DNA from: the human T2T-CHM13v2.0 reference genome, Homo sapiens
Length of the DNA: 64,000 nt
Strand: one strand, 5' to 3'
Assembly (NCBI RefSeq): GCF_009914755.1
Contig: NC_060928.1
The position numbers and the translations under genes are program-made. Positions 1 to 21,358 of the stretch are shown in pieces (within the stretch, counting starts at the first letter, position 1; the number at the start of each line of letters is the position of its first letter). The notes under the pieces were generated by a model, which saw nothing but the letters and a program-made list of their open reading frames with translations, was not told where the DNA came from and did no database searches.

Positions 1-146
1 TTCTTTTATCTTTTGCTAATTCCTTCTGACCATTGGGATTCTGGATACATTTTTTTCCCCCCAGAATGCTTTCTCTGACTCTACTACCTTGGTCTATGTG
101 TTTGTTTTCTTTTGCTGTGAGGCAAATTACTACAAACTGGAACTTC

Positions 147-446
147 CCAACAAGTTTCTCATCTCCATCTGAGACCACTTCAGCTTGCACTTCATTGTCC
201 AGATCACTATCAGCATTTTGGTCAAAGTCATTCAACAAGTCTCTAGGAAGTCTCAAACTTTCCCACATCCTCCTGTCTTCTGAGCCCTCCAAGTCTCTAG
301 GAAATTCCAAGCTTTCCCACATTTTCCTGTCTTCTTCTGAGGCCTCCAAACTGTTCTGACCTCTGCCTGTTACCCAGTTCCAAAGTCACTTCCACATTTT
401 CAGGTATCTTAATAGCAGCACCCCACTCTCTGCAGTATGAATGTAC
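147..446 (-). mobile_element. MaLR (THE1/MST) internal-region fragment
   Basis: Reverse-complement similarity to the THE1 internal start at 58546-58790 in this window; abuts the LTR at 447. Confidence 0.8.
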
Positions 447-803
447 TGTATTAGTCTGCTCTCATGCTGCTATGAAGAAGTACTCAAGATTGAGTGATTT
501 ATAAAGAAAAGAGATTTAATTGATCCACAGTTCTGCATTGCTGTGGGGGGCTTAGGGAACTTATAGGCATGGCAGAAAGCACCTCTTCACAGGGCAGCAG
601 GAAAGAGAATGAGTGTTGAGCGAAGGAGGATGCCCCTTATAAAACCATGAAATCTCATGAGGACTTACTATCATGAGGCTACCATGGGGGGAAACTGTCC
701 CAATGATTCAATTACCTCCCACTGGGTCTTTCCCATGACATGTGGGGATTAAGGGAACTACAATTCAAGATGAGATTTGGGTAGGGACACAGCTAAACCA
801 CAG
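447..803 (-). mobile_element. THE1-type MaLR LTR
   Basis: Runs from TGTATTAGTC to GATGAGATTTGGGTAGGGACACAGCTAAACCA, the reverse complement of THE1 LTR termini. Confidence 0.85.
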
Positions 804-806
804 TAG

Positions 807-1522
<716 letters not shown>

Positions 1523-2666
1523 TATATAGTATTGGTTTATGTTGTGTAACTATAATCTGTAGCTTCAGCTAATGTTCATTGCCTTCTTGCAGTTCAGTTT
1601 TTTGACTTTGCAGAATCCCTGATACCAGTGTTTAAGGTGAGTCATATTATCTGTAATTCCTGCACAGCACAATGTTGACATCTCTGCTTTTTTTTCTCTT
1701 GGAAATTTTATATTGATGCTCGAGTCCATGAAACATTTCTGAAGCGTTACTTATTTTTGTATTCTTCTTCATTGTCACAATTCAGCACCCCATAAAATAG
1801 GGTACTATGTATATTTTAGGATCTGCCAGTATTAGGAAAGTCTTTTCTCTCTAGTTTTTACTCTCCTTTGTTATCATATAAAACCTGAAGGGCTTTACTC
1901 TCTCTTTTTTATCTAAAAACTGCATATGTATTCCCAAGCACTGCCCAATGTTATTCACGCTGTCCTTTCCCTGTGTCTGAAATGTACAGGGCCCCAGAGA
2001 TGGCTCAGCTTCTTTCTTCCAGGAGGATGGCAGAAGGGTGCCTACTACCTATAGCAAAGCCCTTGTCAGCACTGTGTCCTGTGAGATTTAGCGATTCTTT
2101 TGATGATGTGACAGAATACATGGACACTCAGACAGATAAAAGGCAGAACTCTTTGTTACTTACAGCTCAAAGGAAAGAAGGCTGCCCTGTAGGACCATGC
2201 AATAGGTTGCACGTCGGGGCAGGATAGCAGCAAGCTGGAGCTGAGGGTGGCAGCTTGTGCCAGGCAGGCAAGGTGGGCAATGCCTAGTTGAACAGATTTC
2301 CTGTGGCTAGACTAATTTAGATACTTCCAAGGGCTCTGGGGAATAGGGGCTGTCCCTAGTTGCCTGGTACTTGGCCTGGTGGATGGAGTAAAGGGGAGTG
2401 CTGATAGGGCTGGTACCTGGAGTGTGAGAGCCTGATAAGGGAAGTGTTTGGAGTGCAGATGTTTCAGCTGATAAAGAAGGGGTAATAACTGGACTCTGGC
2501 CAGGCCTCAAAACTGGGTCAAGGCAGCATTTAAAAAATAAAAACAAAACAAAACAAAAACTGTGTTACACACTTCTAGAAGGTAATGGAGATGTGTTTGA
2601 TGTCTTTGAATACCTTTTTTCTACCAAGAAAGTAAGTTCATAGTGATGTTCAAACATAATTTCTTA

Positions 2667-9620
<6,954 letters not shown>

Positions 9621-9774
9621 CATAATTTCTTAATTTAGGAGGTTTAGGTAGATAAATAGATAAAATTTCCTTTATTCCTATGTAAAACACAAAAAGCCAG
9701 TAAGCATGCTTCATAACAGAAAGGAACTTTTAATATAATGTTTTAAACCATTTTTTCTTTTCTTCTTCTTATCA

Positions 9775-9902
9775 TTATTATTTTTTGTAGAGACGAGGTC
9801 TTACCATGTTGCCCAGGCTGGTCTCATACTCTTGGGCTCAGGAAATCTTCCGCCTTGTCTTCCCAAAATGTTGTGATTACACACATAAGCTCTGTGACTA
9901 GC
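9775..9902 (-). mobile_element. FLAM / Alu monomer
   Basis: TTTTTTGTAGAGACGAGGTCTTACCATGTTGCCCAGGCTGGTCTC; single arm only. Confidence 0.8.
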
Positions 9903-11440
9903 TTTTTATTTTTTATTTTTTTCATGTGTAGTTTACATTGTGGGAGGAGACATGTAAACAATTTCTTACCTTGCTTAAGAAATACAGGTAGAATATGGCA
10001 TTTCCTAGCTATCTCCTCTGGGAAACAAAAATGCTGGAATCAAGAGACTCTCACAACCTCTTAAATGCATTACTTTCTCCTAAAATGTCTTATCAAGCAA
10101 TGCCAGTGAGACAGTGTAAGTTATCGCTTTATCACTTGTTGACTGTTTCTGTTAAGAAGCTCATTGTTGATAAGTTTGTAAAGCGACTTATGTCTTAAAT
10201 ATAGTTCCAAATCGATTTTTAATGAAACCCATGGGTTTTAGGAGATCAGAAAACTAATTTATGTTGTGTAGTAACTCATTCTATGACCCTGGGAAATTTG
10301 GTTCTCATTCTTCTACATGCAAAATACTGTCATTTTAAGATAGCTTTAGAAAAGTAAATACCAATGTTTATTTTTAAATTTTAAATTTTATGAAAGAATT
10401 GGATCAAACAAAAAAATAAGGAAAGACTTGAGTAGTGTTTTTATAAAGATAGGTTGAAATGCTCTGTTCTCTTACTGTATAATCGAAAAAAATCAGTAAG
10501 ATGGGCTACATTACATTAGAAAAGTTGTACAACCTCATTATTTTTTATTGTTAGTTCAAAAAAATGAAACAAAGAGGACACTAACAAATTGGAAATGACA
10601 AGAACATAGTCTCATGGAACTTTTTTGACATCTTAACAAATTTATCATTGTAAGCTCATGTTTTTAACTTTTCCAAAAAATGTAGGACTTCAGTGAATTT
10701 TGTTGAGAGGCTGATGAACACTTTCTTGGTATTATGATATATGTTTTTCTTTTATTTCATCTTTGCTACAATTACTTTCTCTGCTTACTTTTTATGTCTG
10801 AAACCCTACTTATTCTAGAAATGTAATATGTTTTCAATAACAAATTAAGAAAGATTGTGATAGTAAAACATAGTTTTGTACAAAGGAGTGTTTTTTAAAT
10901 GATAAAGCCTCTGTACAAATGTAAGGTGGTATTATTATTTTTTGAAAGACTTATATCGGTAAGAATTTTTAAGATATTCTAAGAGTACCATTCATTGTCG
11001 AAAAGATTATGCTGATATCCAAACATTCTTCCTCAATTGCTTGAAAATCTTAGGAGATATGCCACTGTATCAAGAGACAATGCTATTTCCTTATTTGACT
11101 AATATGCTAAAAAAATACATTTCTAACATACTGGCTTTGAACAACTGTTTTCTCTTGACCATCCCGTAAAAGATAAATTATTAATAATTTCAATACTAAA
11201 TTAATAAATGCCATTTACTTTGATCATGGATATATTTTAAAATTACATTATAGTTTGTGTTTTATTTGTAAACTTCATCAACATTTCATATAAATACCAG
11301 AGAAAATCAGAGTAAATATAATGTCTAAGAATCATTTGTTTAGTTTTATTTCAAAACTGTAAAAAAGACTTAGAATATACAATCTATGCTATTGTTTGGT
11401 AATATATTTTTTAGTTCTTTAGAATATATGTATAATTCTA

Positions 11441-11737
<297 letters not shown>

Positions 11738-12719
11738 TTACAAATATATAAATATAAATATATATAATATATATTATATGTAAATATATTTATATGTATA
11801 TATAAAATTCTGTGGGTAAACTATGTGAATTTTACCTCTAGTAAATGTAGTTGTATAATCAGTAAAGATATCCTAAAAATATTATGCTTTTAAAATTTTT
11901 AAATAGTATTTCAATAGTATTCATTTAATAGTATTTAAATAGTACTCATTTAAAAAGTACACTTACTGTAAATCAATGGAATGTTAATCTCTTAAGTGAG
12001 CATATAAAGATAGATCTACAATGAATTTTTAGTTAATGTTTATAAAAAAATTTTATAGCATCAAGTAGTAATTATTAATGCTGAAATGATATATAAAATA
12101 TTTTTTAATTGTTTTGCGCTAACTAATAAAGAAACAAAATTGTGGTTTTCTTAACCTTGTTTTCAGTATTTGAGAAGCAGTGCCTCCCATGGACCTATTT
12201 GGATGAGTATATACCTCCACTGATTTATTTCACTAGCTACCCAGGTGTTGCAGACAGCATGCTACTTTGAAACTAAGTCAACATAAGAATTATATGAGGT
12301 CACTTATTTAGGTAGAGCAGAATATATTGTCAATGATTACACATCGTTGTGTTTTCTCATCTCTGACCTCTGTCCTTGGCCATATTCCTTTTTTCTTTCT
12401 TCTTTTTTTTTTTCACTTGTTCATAAAATTCTGTCCTTGTTTGCCCTGATAAAGTTGTCTGTTTTCTTTGTTTTTTAATCTTTTGAATTTTTTGTTTATA
12501 AGAATAAGGAAACAGCTTGTAAATCTTACAGTAAAGCCCTCCAGAGAGAAGACCAGCAGTCTACAAATACAAAGAAAGTCATGATGACTCAATGTCAAAC
12601 TTGATGTGTTTGAGAAGCCAAAAATTATGTTCATAAATTTACTGGAGGAATTATTGGGAGGTTTGTGAGAATTAGAAATTATTATTTGTTTTTTATTTGC
12701 ATTTTTTAATGTTTTTGTC

Positions 12720-14121
12720 TTTTTTTAAATTATACTTTAAGTTCTGGGGTACATGTGCAGAACATGCAGTTTTCTTACACAGGTATACATGTGCCACAGT
12801 GGTTTGCTGCACCCATCAACCTGTCACGTACTTTAGGTATTTCTCTAATGTTATCCCTCCCTTAGTCCCCCACCCCCTTGACAGGCCTTGCTGTGTGATG
12901 TTCCCCTCTCTATGTCCATGTGTTCTCATTGTTAAACTCCCACTGATTAGTGAGAACATGTGGTGTTTGGTTTTCTGTCCTTGTGATAGTTTGCTGAGAA
13001 TGATGGTTTCCAGCTTGTTCTATGTCCCTGCAAAGGACATGAACTCATCCTTTTTTATGGCTGCATAGTATTCCATGGTGTATATCTGCCACATTTTCTT
13101 TATCCAGTCTGTTATTGATGGACATTTGGGTTGGTTCCAAGTCTTTGCTATTGTGAATAGTGCTGCAATAAACATATGTGTGTGTGTGTCTTTATACTAG
13201 AATGATTTATAATCCCTTGGGTATATATCTGGTAATGGGATTGCTGGGTCAAATGGTATTTCTAGTCCTAGATCCTTGAGGAATCACCACACTGTCTTCC
13301 ACAATGGTTGAACTAATTTACACTCCCACCAACAGTGTAAAAGTTTTCCTATTTCTCCACATCTTCTCCAGCATCTGTTGTTTTCTGACTTCTTAATGAT
13401 CACCATTCTAACTGGCGTGAGATGGTGTCTCATTGTGGTTTTGATTTGCATTTCTCTGATGACCAGTGATGATGATTATTTTTTCTTATGTCTGTTGGCT
13501 GCATAAATGTCTTCTTTTGAGAAATGTCTGTTCATATCCTTTGCCCACTTTTTGATGGGGTTGTTTGTTTTTTTCTTGTAAATTTGTTTAAGTTTTTTGT
13601 AGATTCTGGTTATTACTCCTTTGTCAGATGGATAGACTGCAAAAATTTTCTCCCATTCTGTAGGCTGCCTGTTCACTCTGATGATAGCTTCTTTTGCTAT
13701 GCAGAAGCTCTTTAGTTTAATTAGATCCCATTTGTCAGTTTTGGCTTTTTTTGCTGTTGCTTTTGGTGTTTTAGACATGAAGTCTTTGTCCATGCCTATG
13801 TCCTGAATGGTATTGCCCAAGTTTTCTTCTAGAATTTTTATGGTCCTAGGTTTTACGTTTAAGTCTTTGATACATCTTGAGTTGATTTTTGTATAAGGTG
13901 TAAGGAAGGGGGTCCAGTTTCAGTTTTCTGCATACGTCTAGCCAGTTTTCCCAACAACATTTATTAAATAGGGAATATTTTCCCTATTGCTTGTTTGTGT
14001 CAGATTTGTCAAAGATCAGATGGTTGTAGATGTGTGGTGTTATTTCTGAGGCCTCTGTTCTGTTCCATTGGTCTATGTGTCTGTTTTGGTACCAGTACCA
14101 TGCTGTTTTGGTTACTGTAGC
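12720..14121 (-). mobile_element. 5'-truncated L1PA (L1PA7/8-like), 3' 1.4 kb
   Basis: TTATACTTTAAGTTCTGGGGTACATGTGCAGAAC 3' end; ORF2 C-terminal peptide at 13476-13820. Confidence 0.92.
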
Positions 14122-14597
14122 ATTTCAGCATAATATTATTGTTCAAAATAATTTACGGATTTTACTTGCTTTTAGTTTTTGACATTTGATTTCTATTTAG
14201 TTAATAGTCTTAAACAATGAGATAATTCCAAATGCAGGCAAAATGCATTATAAAATGTATAAGACTGGAGTCAGGAAACTGAACCTGGGACAAACTACCC
14301 AAATTTCTGAGTATGTGGCTGTAACTTTCCGGATTTATAAAATAGAAGTACAGGAATGAAATCACTTGTATGTAATTTTTTATCCGTATTTCAGATTCTT
14401 TAGTAGGTTATATCATAAGAACATAAATATTGCTGATATACTTGAAATGAGCTATTTGAAAATCATTGCAAATATAATTTAAATCACAAAAATCAAAAAT
14501 TAAATCACAAAATATTTACTTTAAAAAATTTACTGTATGCATTTTTACACAACTATAATGACATAATTTACACTAATCTGAACTATAATAGAGTTTG

Positions 14598-15147
14598 TCT
14601 CTATGTTTAGATGATCTTGTAACAAGTTATTTCAAAATTTAGTGGCTTAAAACTATAATTTTATTTAGTTCACAATTTTCTATGTCAAGAACTTGGGAAT
14701 GATTCAACTGGGAAGTTCTAGCCTTGTGTTTCTCAGGCAGTTAGAGTGAGATGTTAGCTGAGACTTTAGTCACCTGAAGACTCCACCAGCCTAGATGTCC
14801 AAGGTAGCTCATACTCACAGTATTCAACACCCAGCATTCAACACCGGTTGATGTTGGGTGTCCTTTGGGAGCTCAGTGAAGCTGTCAGTGGAAGCGCCAT
14901 GTGGTTTCTGCTTCTCAGCATGGCTACTGGGTTCTTTCTGCAAAGGAGTAACCTCAGAAGGAGCATTATAACTGACCATGATGGAAGGCCTTTCCTGATC
15001 TAATCCTGAAAGTCATGCAGAGTCATCATATTCTATTAATCATTGCAAGTCAATAAGACTAGCCAAGATGCAAGGACAGGAACATTAGACTCCACTTTTC
15101 AATAGGAATACTAGCAAAGGGTTTATAGCTGTCTTTAATCTACCACA
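14598..15147 (-). mobile_element. Old MLT1-family MaLR LTR
   Basis: CAAAATTTAGTGGCTTAAAAC near one end and TTTAATCTACCACA at the other. Confidence 0.7.
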
Positions 15148-15541
15148 CTGAGTTCCATATTTATGGATAATTATTGAATTAAGAAATAATAGAATTGAAT
15201 TTTAGTTCAAAAATTAATTACACTTGAATGAGAAAGAGAATGTCATAATTATTAAATTATATTTTTCCTATCAATGAATAATATGCATTTTTACAAGCAC
15301 AGGGTCAAATTGGTTACATTAGCCTACAGGTTAATGGAATAACTTCATTTTGAATACCAAGAATATTAAAATCCTGTTCATTCTACACATCAATATGATT
15401 TCTAACTCAATAGATCATCCTTAAAAATATGTTCTAGAATTTTGCAAATACAATGAGAATTTTGATGGGTTATTGCTATCAACCCTCATTTGAGAGTAAG
15501 AGTTGTTTAAAGGCTTTCATTTTGCCTGCTAGATAGATATT

Positions 15542-15619
15542 TTAGGTTGGTGCAGAAGCAATTGCAGTTTTTGTTATATAGTAATGGCAAAAGCCTAAAT
15601 TACTTTTGCACCAAGCTAA
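15542..15619. mobile_element. MADE1 mariner MITE
   Basis: About 80-bp palindromic element TTAGGTTGGTGCAGAAGCAATTGC...AATTACTTTTGCACCAAGCTAA. Confidence 0.9.
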
Positions 15620-16009
15620 TATTTATGTGAATGTTGCCACTGTATATATACAACTAAAGACAAAATGCTGGGTAGCAAAAATTCATTTGCAAAGCCATTC
15701 ATAGAGAAGACTTTTATAAATTGTCTTCTTATGGCATATAATAAATATTTTATATGTGTTATTCCATAAATGAATGTAAATGATATATTAGCATCTATCC
15801 AGTTTAATGTGGTGAGATTGTGAACTCCTTCAGAAATTTTCCTGGGAATAAAATCTGAGAATTTTTTAAATGAGCATAATTTTGGAAAACTGAGTTTCTT
15901 TGCAGTTCCTAGTAGCCACAATATAGGGAAATGTTCCATTTTAAACTATTTAATTAACAAAATGTTAATTAATACAAAAATACTGTTGTTAATTGTTCAA
16001 CAAAAACAA

Positions 16010-16467
16010 CTGTAGTAGATATAGGCCAAATCTCAGATCCCATCTCAATAAAGGACTCACTGACCAGCTTCCAGGAGTGTGGCTAGCCCACTACAGCATT
16101 AGCTTTTTCAAGGGTCAGCCTCAGCTCTCCAGATGAAGTTCAAGCTCATCACTGGGTGATCTGAAGCAAAGGCTGAGATCTAGCTATTCATGAGGCACTC
16201 CCCAACCAATGAGTGAACAAGGGAGTAGTACAAGAGCCAACCCACTTTTGCTCAACAGGGGGATTTCTGTAACAGGAAATCTTAGCTATGAGCCCCTCAT
16301 TTGGCTCATAGAGAATTTGTTAGTAGGAATCAAGGTTTGACTGTCCCCTACTCAATCCTGAATCCTCTTCTTTTTTTTTTTTCTTCACATTTCCTTTCCT
16401 TTCCCTTCCTTAATAAACTTTATGTATCCTTAACTCCATTTGATTCCTGGAGAACCAACTTGTGACA
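16010..16467 (+). mobile_element. ERVL solo LTR (LTR16-like)
   Basis: TG...CA ends, CCAAT box, AATAAA, and terminal CCTGGAGAACCAACTTGTGACA. Confidence 0.55.
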
Positions 16468-16976
16468 TTTTATTTTATGAATAAAATTAACTTTTCTTAA
16501 GTGACATATTATGCAAGACTTTGGTAATATAAGTAGTAATACAATAGAGTTTTTGTCGTAAGGTGGTTATAGTTTGGTGTCATCATCAACCTCCACAGAA
16601 ATTTCCATGGGACTAAAGAAGTTAAGTAACTAGCACAGAACTACCTGGCTAGTTACTTGTAGCATCCAGGATTTGATCCTGTATCTCTCTGATTGTAAGA
16701 ATCATGATTATTATCTTACCTGCATCCTACTATGCTAATATTAATATTTCCTTTGCAATATAGAGCAGGTAAAACCTTTTACCATTAACAGTAATATTTA
16801 GAGTCTAGGAGTATAAGTATTAAAAATGAGTATAATCCTTGTCCATAATACCCAAGATTTGGGGAAGAAATTGGACTACTGTAAAAGAGGTGGAACAGAA
16901 AGAGTTAATAAGCATCTTCCTTGTAGTCAAGCTGGTTGTCAGCAAATGAAAAGATATATTAATAAATTACAACTAA

Positions 16977-17090
16977 GCTAGGTGTGGTGGCTCACACTTG
17001 TAGTCCTACCTCTTCAAGGGGCCAAGGTAGGAAGTTTGAGGCCAGCATGGACAACATAAAGCAACTCCATCTCAACAAAATATTTTAAAA
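16977..17090 (+). mobile_element. AluJ left arm (element split by an L1 insertion)
   Basis: GGTGTGGTGGCTCACACTTGTAGTCC...CTCCATCTC followed by an A-rich linker. Confidence 0.75.
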
Positions 17091-17099
17091 GTTTCTGGG

Positions 17100-18814
17100 T
17101 AAAATAATGACCATGGTGAAAATCGAATCAAGAACTCAGTCTCATTTACATTTGCAAAAAAAAAAAACTTACGAATATACTTAACCAAGGAGATGAAAGA
17201 GCTCTGTAAGGACTATAAAACACTGATGAAAAAAATCATATATGACATAAAAAATGGAAATACATCCTATGCTTAAGCTCATGGACTGTTAGAATCAAAA
17301 TTGTGAAAATGACCATATTGTCCAAAGCAATCCAAAGATTCAATGCAATTCCTATAAAAATACCCCAACGTCATTTTTTGCAGAATTAGGAAAAAAAAAT
17401 TTTAAAACTTATGTGGAACCAAAAAAGAGTGCTAATAGCCAAAGTAATCCTAAGCAAAAAGAATAAATCTGGAGGCATCATATTACTTCAAATTTTACTA
17501 CAAGGCTATAGTAACCAAAACAATATGGTACCTGTATAAAAGTAGATACATAGACCATTGGAACAGAATAGAGAACCCAGAAATAAAACCAAATGCAACA
17601 GCCAGCTGATCTTTGACAAAGCCAACAAAAACATACACTGAGCAAAGAACACCCTATTCAATAAATGATGCTGGAAAAATTGGATAGCCAGATGTAGAAG
17701 AATGAAACTGGATCCCTATTCTCACCATGTACAAAAATTAACGGAAGATGGATTAAAGACTTAAATCTAAGCCCTAAAACCATAAAAATTATATTAGAAA
17801 ACCTAAGAGAAACGATTCTGGACATTGGCTTAGGCAAAGAATTTTTGACTATGACCCCAAAAACAAATGTAACAAAAAGGAAAATAAATAAATGAGACCT
17901 AATTAAACTTAAAAGCTTCTATACAACAAAAGAAATAATCAACAGAGTAAACAGACAACTTATAGAATGAGAGAAAATATTTGCCACCTGTACATCGACA
18001 AAGAACTAATATCCAGAATCTACAAGCAACTCAAATCAGCAAGAAAAAAAATAAATAATCCCATCAAAAAGTGGGTAAATGACATAAGCAGACATTCCTC
18101 AAAATAAGATATACAAATGGCCAACAAACCATATGAAAAAATGCTCAACATCACTAACCAGCAGGGAAATGTCCATTAAAACCACAATGAGATGTCACTT
18201 TATCCAGAATAACCATTATTAAAAAATCAAAAGACAATAGATGTTACCATGGATGTGGTAAATGGTGAAAATGGAATACTTATGCACTGCTGATGAGACT
18301 ATAAATTAGTACAACCTCTGGAAAATATTATGGAGATTTCTCAAAGAACTAAAAGTACCTCTATTATTAAATTCAGCAATCTCACTACTGGGTATCTACC
18401 CAAAGGAAAAGAAATCATTATATCAAAAAGACATGTGCATGCATATGTTTACCACAGCACAATTCACAATTACAAAGATATGGAATCAATTTAAGTGCCC
18501 ATCAACTGATAAATGTATAAAGAAAACATGGTATTATAAGTCAGGCACGGTGGCTGATGTCCGTAATCCCAACATTTTGGGATGCTGGGGTAGGAGGATC
18601 ACTTGAGCCCAGGAATTTAAGAACAGTCTGAGCAACAAAGTGAGACCCCATTTCCACACACACACACACACAATTAGCTAGGCATGGTAGCATATGCCTG
18701 TAGTCCTAGCTACTCAAGAGGCTGAGGCAGGAGGATCCTTTAAGCATAGGAGGTTGAGGTTACAGTAAGCTGATCATACTACTGTACTCCAGCCTTGGTG
18801 AAGAGCAAGATCAT

Positions 18815-18845
<31 letters not shown>

Positions 18846-19238
18846 CACAGCACACACTGTGGAATACTATTTAGCCATAAAAATAACAAACTAGTGAAAG
18901 TATTTTGCAGCAACTTGGAAGTAATTCAGGAATGGAAAACTAAATACCCCATGTTCTTATTTATAAGTGGGAGCTAAGCTGTGGGTATGCAAAGCCAGAG
19001 TGATATAATAGACACTGGAGACTTAGAAGCAGGGAAGTGTGAAGGGAGTGAGGGGTGAAAAATTACCTATTGGGTACAATGTACACTATTTAAGTGATAA
19101 GTACATTAAAATCCTAGACTTCACCACTATACAATTCATCCATGTAACCAAAAACCACTTGTACCCCTAAAGCTATAGAAATAATAATAACAAACCAATG
19201 AAAATAAAATTAAAAAAATAATAAGGTAAAAAAAAAAA
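17100..19238 (+). mobile_element. 5'-truncated L1PB-like LINE-1
   Basis: 3' half of ORF2, 3'UTR GACTTCACCACTATACAATTCATCCATGTAACCAAAAACCACTTGTACCCC, and A-rich tail. Confidence 0.85.
18539..18849 (+). mobile_element. AluJ inside the L1, with (CA)n in place of both the linker and the tail
   Basis: GGATCACTTGAGCCCAGGA diagnostic; CA runs at about 18655-18671 and 18815-18849. Confidence 0.85.
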
Positions 19239-19239
19239 G

Positions 19240-19403
19240 TTAGTTGGATGTGGTGGTGCATGCCTGCAGTCCTAGCTACTTGGGAGGCCGAGGCAGGAAG
19301 ATTACTTGAGCCCAGGACTTTGAGGTTACAGTGAGCCTTGATTGAGCCATTGCACTCCAGACTACTAGACAGAGTGATACCCTGTCTCTAAATAAATAAA
19401 TAA
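19240..19403 (+). mobile_element. AluJ right arm (partner of 16977-17090)
   Basis: TTAGTTGGATGTGGTGGTGCATGCCTGCAGTCCTAGCTAC...CCTGTCTCT then (AAAT)n. Confidence 0.8.
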
Positions 19404-19629
19404 GAACTATACATTCTTTGTAGTTCAGTATGGAAGAAGTAGAAATTCTACCATGAGAACCAGAATAAACAGGTATTATGTTTTCTCTAATCCTTTAGAT
19501 GTTTTTGGTTGTTGTTGTTCCTTGTCAGCTCAGATAAGGGTGCCAGATTTCAGAGAAAATGGGTATACTGCTGTTTATACTGCTTATTTGGTAATTGTAT
19601 TGGAAAAAAACATGAATTTGAGCATCTTC

Positions 19630-19758
19630 TTTTTTTCAAATAGAGATGGTGTTTCACTGTGTTACCCAAGCTAGTCTTGAAGTCCTGGGCTCAAGCTATC
19701 CTCCTTCCTTGGCCTCCCAAAGTGCTGGGATTACAAGCGAGAGCCACCATGGCCAGCC
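19630..19758 (-). mobile_element. FLAM_C / Alu monomer
   Basis: Single arm ...CCTGGGCTCAAGCTATCCTCC...CCTCCCAAAGTGCTGGGATTAC. Confidence 0.85.
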
Positions 19759-19862
19759 AAATTTGATCACCTTATATGTGTCAGTTATTATGTTTGGTGC
19801 TAGTAATATGGTAATGCAATAGAAACTATATGCTCAAATAGGGAATAAAACTAGTTCAGTGA

Positions 19863-20142
19863 GGCCAGGAACAGTGGCTCATGCCTGTAATCCCAGCACT
19901 TTGAGAGGTCAAGGTGGGCAGATCACCTGAGGTCTGGAGTTTGAGGCCAGCCTGGCCAACATGGTGAAACCCCGTCTCTACTAAAAATACAAAAAATTAG
20001 CCAGGTGTGGTGGCACGTGCCTGTAATCCCAGCTACTCGGGAGGCTGAGGCAGGAGAATTGAACCTGGGAGGCAGATGTTGCGGTGAGCCGAGATTGTGC
20101 CAAGGCACTCCAGCCTGGGCAACAAGAGCGAGACTCCCTCTC

Positions 20143-20177
<35 letters not shown>

Positions 20178-20179
20178 CC
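19863..20179 (+). mobile_element. AluSx/Sq SINE with a (CAA)12 tail
   Basis: 16-bp TSD AAAACTAGTTCAGTGA at 19847-19862 and 20180-20195. Confidence 0.95.
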
Positions 20180-20240
20180 AAAACTAGTTCAGTGAGGTTG
20201 GGGAACAAGCAAACAACACTTTAAGTATTGCATGAAATGA

Positions 20241-20635
<395 letters not shown>

Positions 20636-21358
20636 AGGAGTAATTCTTGAGATGTGTCTTGGAGCATGAGGTATTGTGAGGGAGAGAAGGATACAACGGG
20701 TAGAAGGCAATAAAATCCAGAAATTTGCATGTGTAAAGTGAGGAGATGTGAAACAACATTGCATTTCAGTGCTGTAGGAATGAACAAAGTGAGGAGGTTG
20801 AAAGTCAAAAACTTGCAGCTCCGGAAATAAGCAAGTAACAGTTAATGAAGGGTACAATACACTATGCTGAAGAGTTTTGATTTTCTTCCTGAAGGAGAAG
20901 ATGATTAGCTGTTAAATTAGGAAGTGACAAAATTAATTCCTGCTTAGAAAAATCTCTCTGGCAAATAAGGAAAGTGATAGAGATAAAGGAAAAATCACTT
21001 TAGAGACAATTACAGAAATTTGGGTAAGAAGCAACAAGTACTTAGACTGTCAATGTGGAATGGAGAGGAGTAAGTCCAAGAAATAGTGAAGAAGTGGAGA
21101 TTAAATTTGGTTCCAGATTTGGTTCAAAGTGAGTAGCAGCTGAGCGTATATGATGGCTTCCTGATTATTAATTTAGGAAATAGGAAGATAATGGGGAAAT
21201 CAGCAGAAGTGAAGTCTTAAGGTGGCGGAAGAGGATGTTGAATTGGAGTGTCTGTGGAACAATATTGAGTATATGTTTAGTGAGTAGTTGTACTTAAGAG
21301 CTGGAGCTTGGAATACAGATAATTCTGGATTAGCTAGTTGTATCTTGTAGTTACTAGC

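Noticed and set aside
236-350. About 55-bp diverged tandem duplication
   Set aside because: Lies within MaLR internal sequence and is probably inherited from the subfamily consensus.
2080-2571. Possible LTR (TG...CA ends, raised GC)
   Set aside because: Family and TSD could not be identified with confidence.
19923-20208. Poly-Leu, poly-Val and poly-Asn ORFs
   Set aside because: Translation of an Alu (CAA)n tail.
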